Of a stretch of DNA of 64,000 bases, positions 62,266 to 64,000 are shown piece after piece. Source of the DNA: Patescibacteria group bacterium (GTDB lineage: Bacteria; Patescibacteriota; Patescibacteriia; Patescibacteriales; UBA12465); contig JBAZNJ010000001.1 of assembly GCA_041649315.1 (NCBI GenBank), positions 5,869-69,868 on the forward strand, written 5' to 3'. Position 1 is the first letter of the stretch. Each line of letters begins with the position of its first letter. Under the pieces are notes generated by a model. That model had not been told where the DNA came from and searched no databases. It was given only the letters and a program-made list of their open reading frames with translations. A program made the translations under genes and the position numbers.

Positions 62266-64000
62266 TTAATAAACAACAATTTCTCCTTCATTTAAGCCGC
62301 TGATTACTTCAACCTTTTTGCCGTCCGTAAATCCGGTAACCACCGCCGTGAAACTGCCGTCGAATTTTTGAATCGATGGACTACCCCCGACATTGCGCAC
62401 AGCCGCGACCGGTACCGTTAAGACATCACGCGCTTCCGCGGTAATAAACTCCAAGGATGCGGTCATCCCTTCCCGAATCTGAAGACCGGTGGAATTATCA
62501 AAAACGACCCGGACTAAATAAGTCACGATGCCGTTAGAACTCGTCTGTGAAGTTAGAGAGATAAAGCTTATCTCCCCGTCTAAACTAGCCCCGCCAACCG
62601 CGTCAAAAACAGCGCGAACCTTATCGCCGACCGCTAACTTACTGATATCCGCTTCTTCAATATTAGTTTCGATGAACAGCGTATCGTTATTAATTATCGT
62701 CGCCATGGTCTTGGCGCCGTCGCTTAAAATTATATCGCCGGCTTTATAATTAAGCATCGCGATTACGCCATCGATTGGCGAAATAAGCGTCGCCTGGCTT
62801 ACATTATGTTTCGCCTTGTCGACCGAAATTGCGGCCGAAGCCAACTGCGACCGAGCTGAAGACAAATCAGTTTCAGTCGGACCGGCTAACAGGTCGGCGT
62901 AATCATTTTGCGCCTGGGTTAAAGTTATCTCTCGGGAACGAATGGTTACTTCCGCGTTATTTACGTTCTGCTCGGCCTGGGTCTTAGCGATTTCCAAATC
63001 GCTTATCGCCTTTTCATAAGCAACCCGATAGGAGTCTAGATTATTTTTCGCGGTCCGGACGCTTTGGATAGAGCTATCCAAACTGGCCAGCGAAGAATTC
63101 ACGCTTGTCCGATCTGAACTCGCCGTATTCTTCAAAGCATCAAGCTCGGCCTGGGTCAAACCCGTAAAAGTAATTGTCGCGTCCAGCATCACTTGCATAT
63201 CGTAAAAATGGGTCTGGGCCGCTAATAATAATTGACGGGCTTTATCCGCGGCTAAATCAATTGTAGCGGCCGGCGCGTCAGTTAAATTTAAAACCAAGGG
63301 CTCAAGCTCTAGTCTTAAGGCCTTGAGCGTATTATAACTCAGCTTTGCCAAACTTAAGGAGGAAGAACTTTTCACGCCCAGGACCTCTTCAAAATCATCG
63401 TTAAGAGAAATTTCGTCGACTCCCAAAATCGCGTCGGACTCGCGCAACCAACGCTGGGCACTCACTTCGATTCCTTTAACTGTTGACGCTAAACTATTAT
63501 AAGACGTCCGGACGCTTTCGCTATCATCAACATTCCTATTTGAATTATAATTTCGCTCGGCCGTCGCTAAAGAATTTTCCGCGTTAACTACTGACTGGGC
63601 GGCGCTAAGCTTCGTGCTCACTAAACTACTCTTAGCCTGCTCTAAAGAAACTTCAGCTTGCTCAACCGTAGTTTTTGATTTCAAAAGCTCGCTTTCGGTC
63701 GCTCCGGCCAACTTCGTATTCAAATTAGTAAGTGCTGATTGATAATTATTATAAGCACTGCGCAATTCAAATTCTAAACTTTCGGTCTTAACCGCAGCAA
63801 TCTGGTCGCCTTTTTTTATCTGGTCCCCTTCTTTAACATAGACCGCACTCACTTCTAAACTGCCGCTCACCGGAAAAGATAGGGTAACCCCGTCTTTAGC
63901 CACGACTTTGCCGGTCGCTGAAACTGAAATTCTTAGATCCTCTTTTTTTGCAGTCCAATTTTTAGTCTGGACTACGGCCGCCTGGCCCTTGCTATTCCGG
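62266..64000 (-). CDS. HlyD/MacA-type periplasmic adaptor (membrane fusion protein); 5' end beyond the right edge
   Basis: Lipoyl-like hairpins (VYVKEGDQIKKGDQIAAV; YKAGDII), a long coiled coil and a beta-barrel C-terminus. The ORF-track start at 63903 is a GTG, and the frame stays open to position 64000 (...NSKGQAAVVQTKNWTAKKEDLRISVSATGKVV-). Confidence 0.85.
   Translation of the reverse strand, partial: RNSKGQAAVVQTKNWTAKKEDLRISVSATGKVVAKDGVTLSFPVSGSLEVSAVYVKEGDQIKKGDQIAAVKTESLEFELRSAYNNYQSALTNLNTKLAGATESELLKSKTTVEQAEVSLEQAKSSLVSTKLSAAQSVVNAENSLATAERNYNSNRNVDDSESVRTSYNSLASTVKGIEVSAQRWLRESDAILGVDEISLNDDFEEVLGVKSSSSLSLAKLSYNTLKALRLELEPLVLNLTDAPAATIDLAADKARQLLLAAQTHFYDMQVMLDATITFTGLTQAELDALKNTASSDRTSVNSSLASLDSSIQSVRTAKNNLDSYRVAYEKAISDLEIAKTQAEQNVNNAEVTIRSREITLTQAQNDYADLLAGPTETDLSSARSQLASAAISVDKAKHNVSQATLISPIDGVIAMLNYKAGDIILSDGAKTMATIINNDTLFIETNIEEADISKLAVGDKVRAVFDAVGGASLDGEISFISLTSQTSSNGIVTYLVRVVFDNSTGLQIREGMTASLEFITAEARDVLTVPVAAVRNVGGSPSIQKFDGSFTAVVTGFTDGKKVEVISGLNEGEIVVY

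Noticed and set aside
1-64000. Alternative genetic code (UGA recoding, as in some candidate-phyla lineages)
   Set aside because: All recognisable genes are full length under the standard code. TGA is used as a genuine stop, for example the flippase stop at 30404..30406, which overlaps the next ATG as ATGA.

Overview
The window is 64 kb of a compact bacterial genome. About 55 of roughly 61 protein genes lie on the minus strand with very short spacers. The standard code applies: TGA is a real stop, for example the ATGA overlap at 30404-30407. The gene content suggests a reduced-genome, CPR/Patescibacteria-like organism, but that is inference only. The supporting content is a DUF4012 protein, many orphan envelope proteins, a short dcw cluster, tRNAs without encoded CCA, and sigma-r4/HARE-HTH and Gmad2 proteins.

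Layout from left to right:
- An edge-truncated tgt that is missing from the ORF track.
- Large envelope proteins plus a GT1.
- A GT2 with rmlA and rmlD.
- mraZ-rsmH-ftsL-ftsI-murF, with a clear promoter and MraZ-box region.
- tsaB-like, dus and cysS.
- tRNA-Val(CAC) and tRNA-Leu(CAG) flanking a pair of half-ferritin-like mini-genes.
- rnhB and an NYN gene, with a duplicated rnhB 3' end.
- A Gly-Tyr / Ser-Thr-rich surface protein.
- A long co-directional envelope-glycan gene string (about 45.2 to 29.7 kb). Its upstream, visibly AT-richer part (about 33.8-47.9 kb) carries a Fom1/Fom2/FomC-like phosphonate module next to a CDP-alcohol phosphotransferase, three SAM methyltransferases, GT1/GT2 genes and a giant polytopic membrane protein.
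- A decayed recombination hotspot at 46.2-46.7 kb, with two fossil GT2 5' stubs, a 32-bp x3.3 tandem repeat and a 12-nt x3 repeat.
- A DUF4143 AAA ATPase, a B12-domain radical SAM enzyme and an AbiEi/AbiEii pair.
- A UDP-GlcA/UDP-Xyl plus polyprenyl-phosphate GT2 set.
- hisS, an orphan OmpR-type response regulator and rarA.
- A ZIP transporter with a Fur-family 7-1-7 box.
- A MacAB-like ABC efflux operon that runs off the right edge.

No rRNA, CRISPR array, integrase, transposase or phage genes were seen. The most interesting candidate is the cytidylyl-phosphonate module wired to a CDP-alcohol phosphotransferase inside the glycan island. Every functional call rests on motif-level reading of the translations, because no database search could be run.
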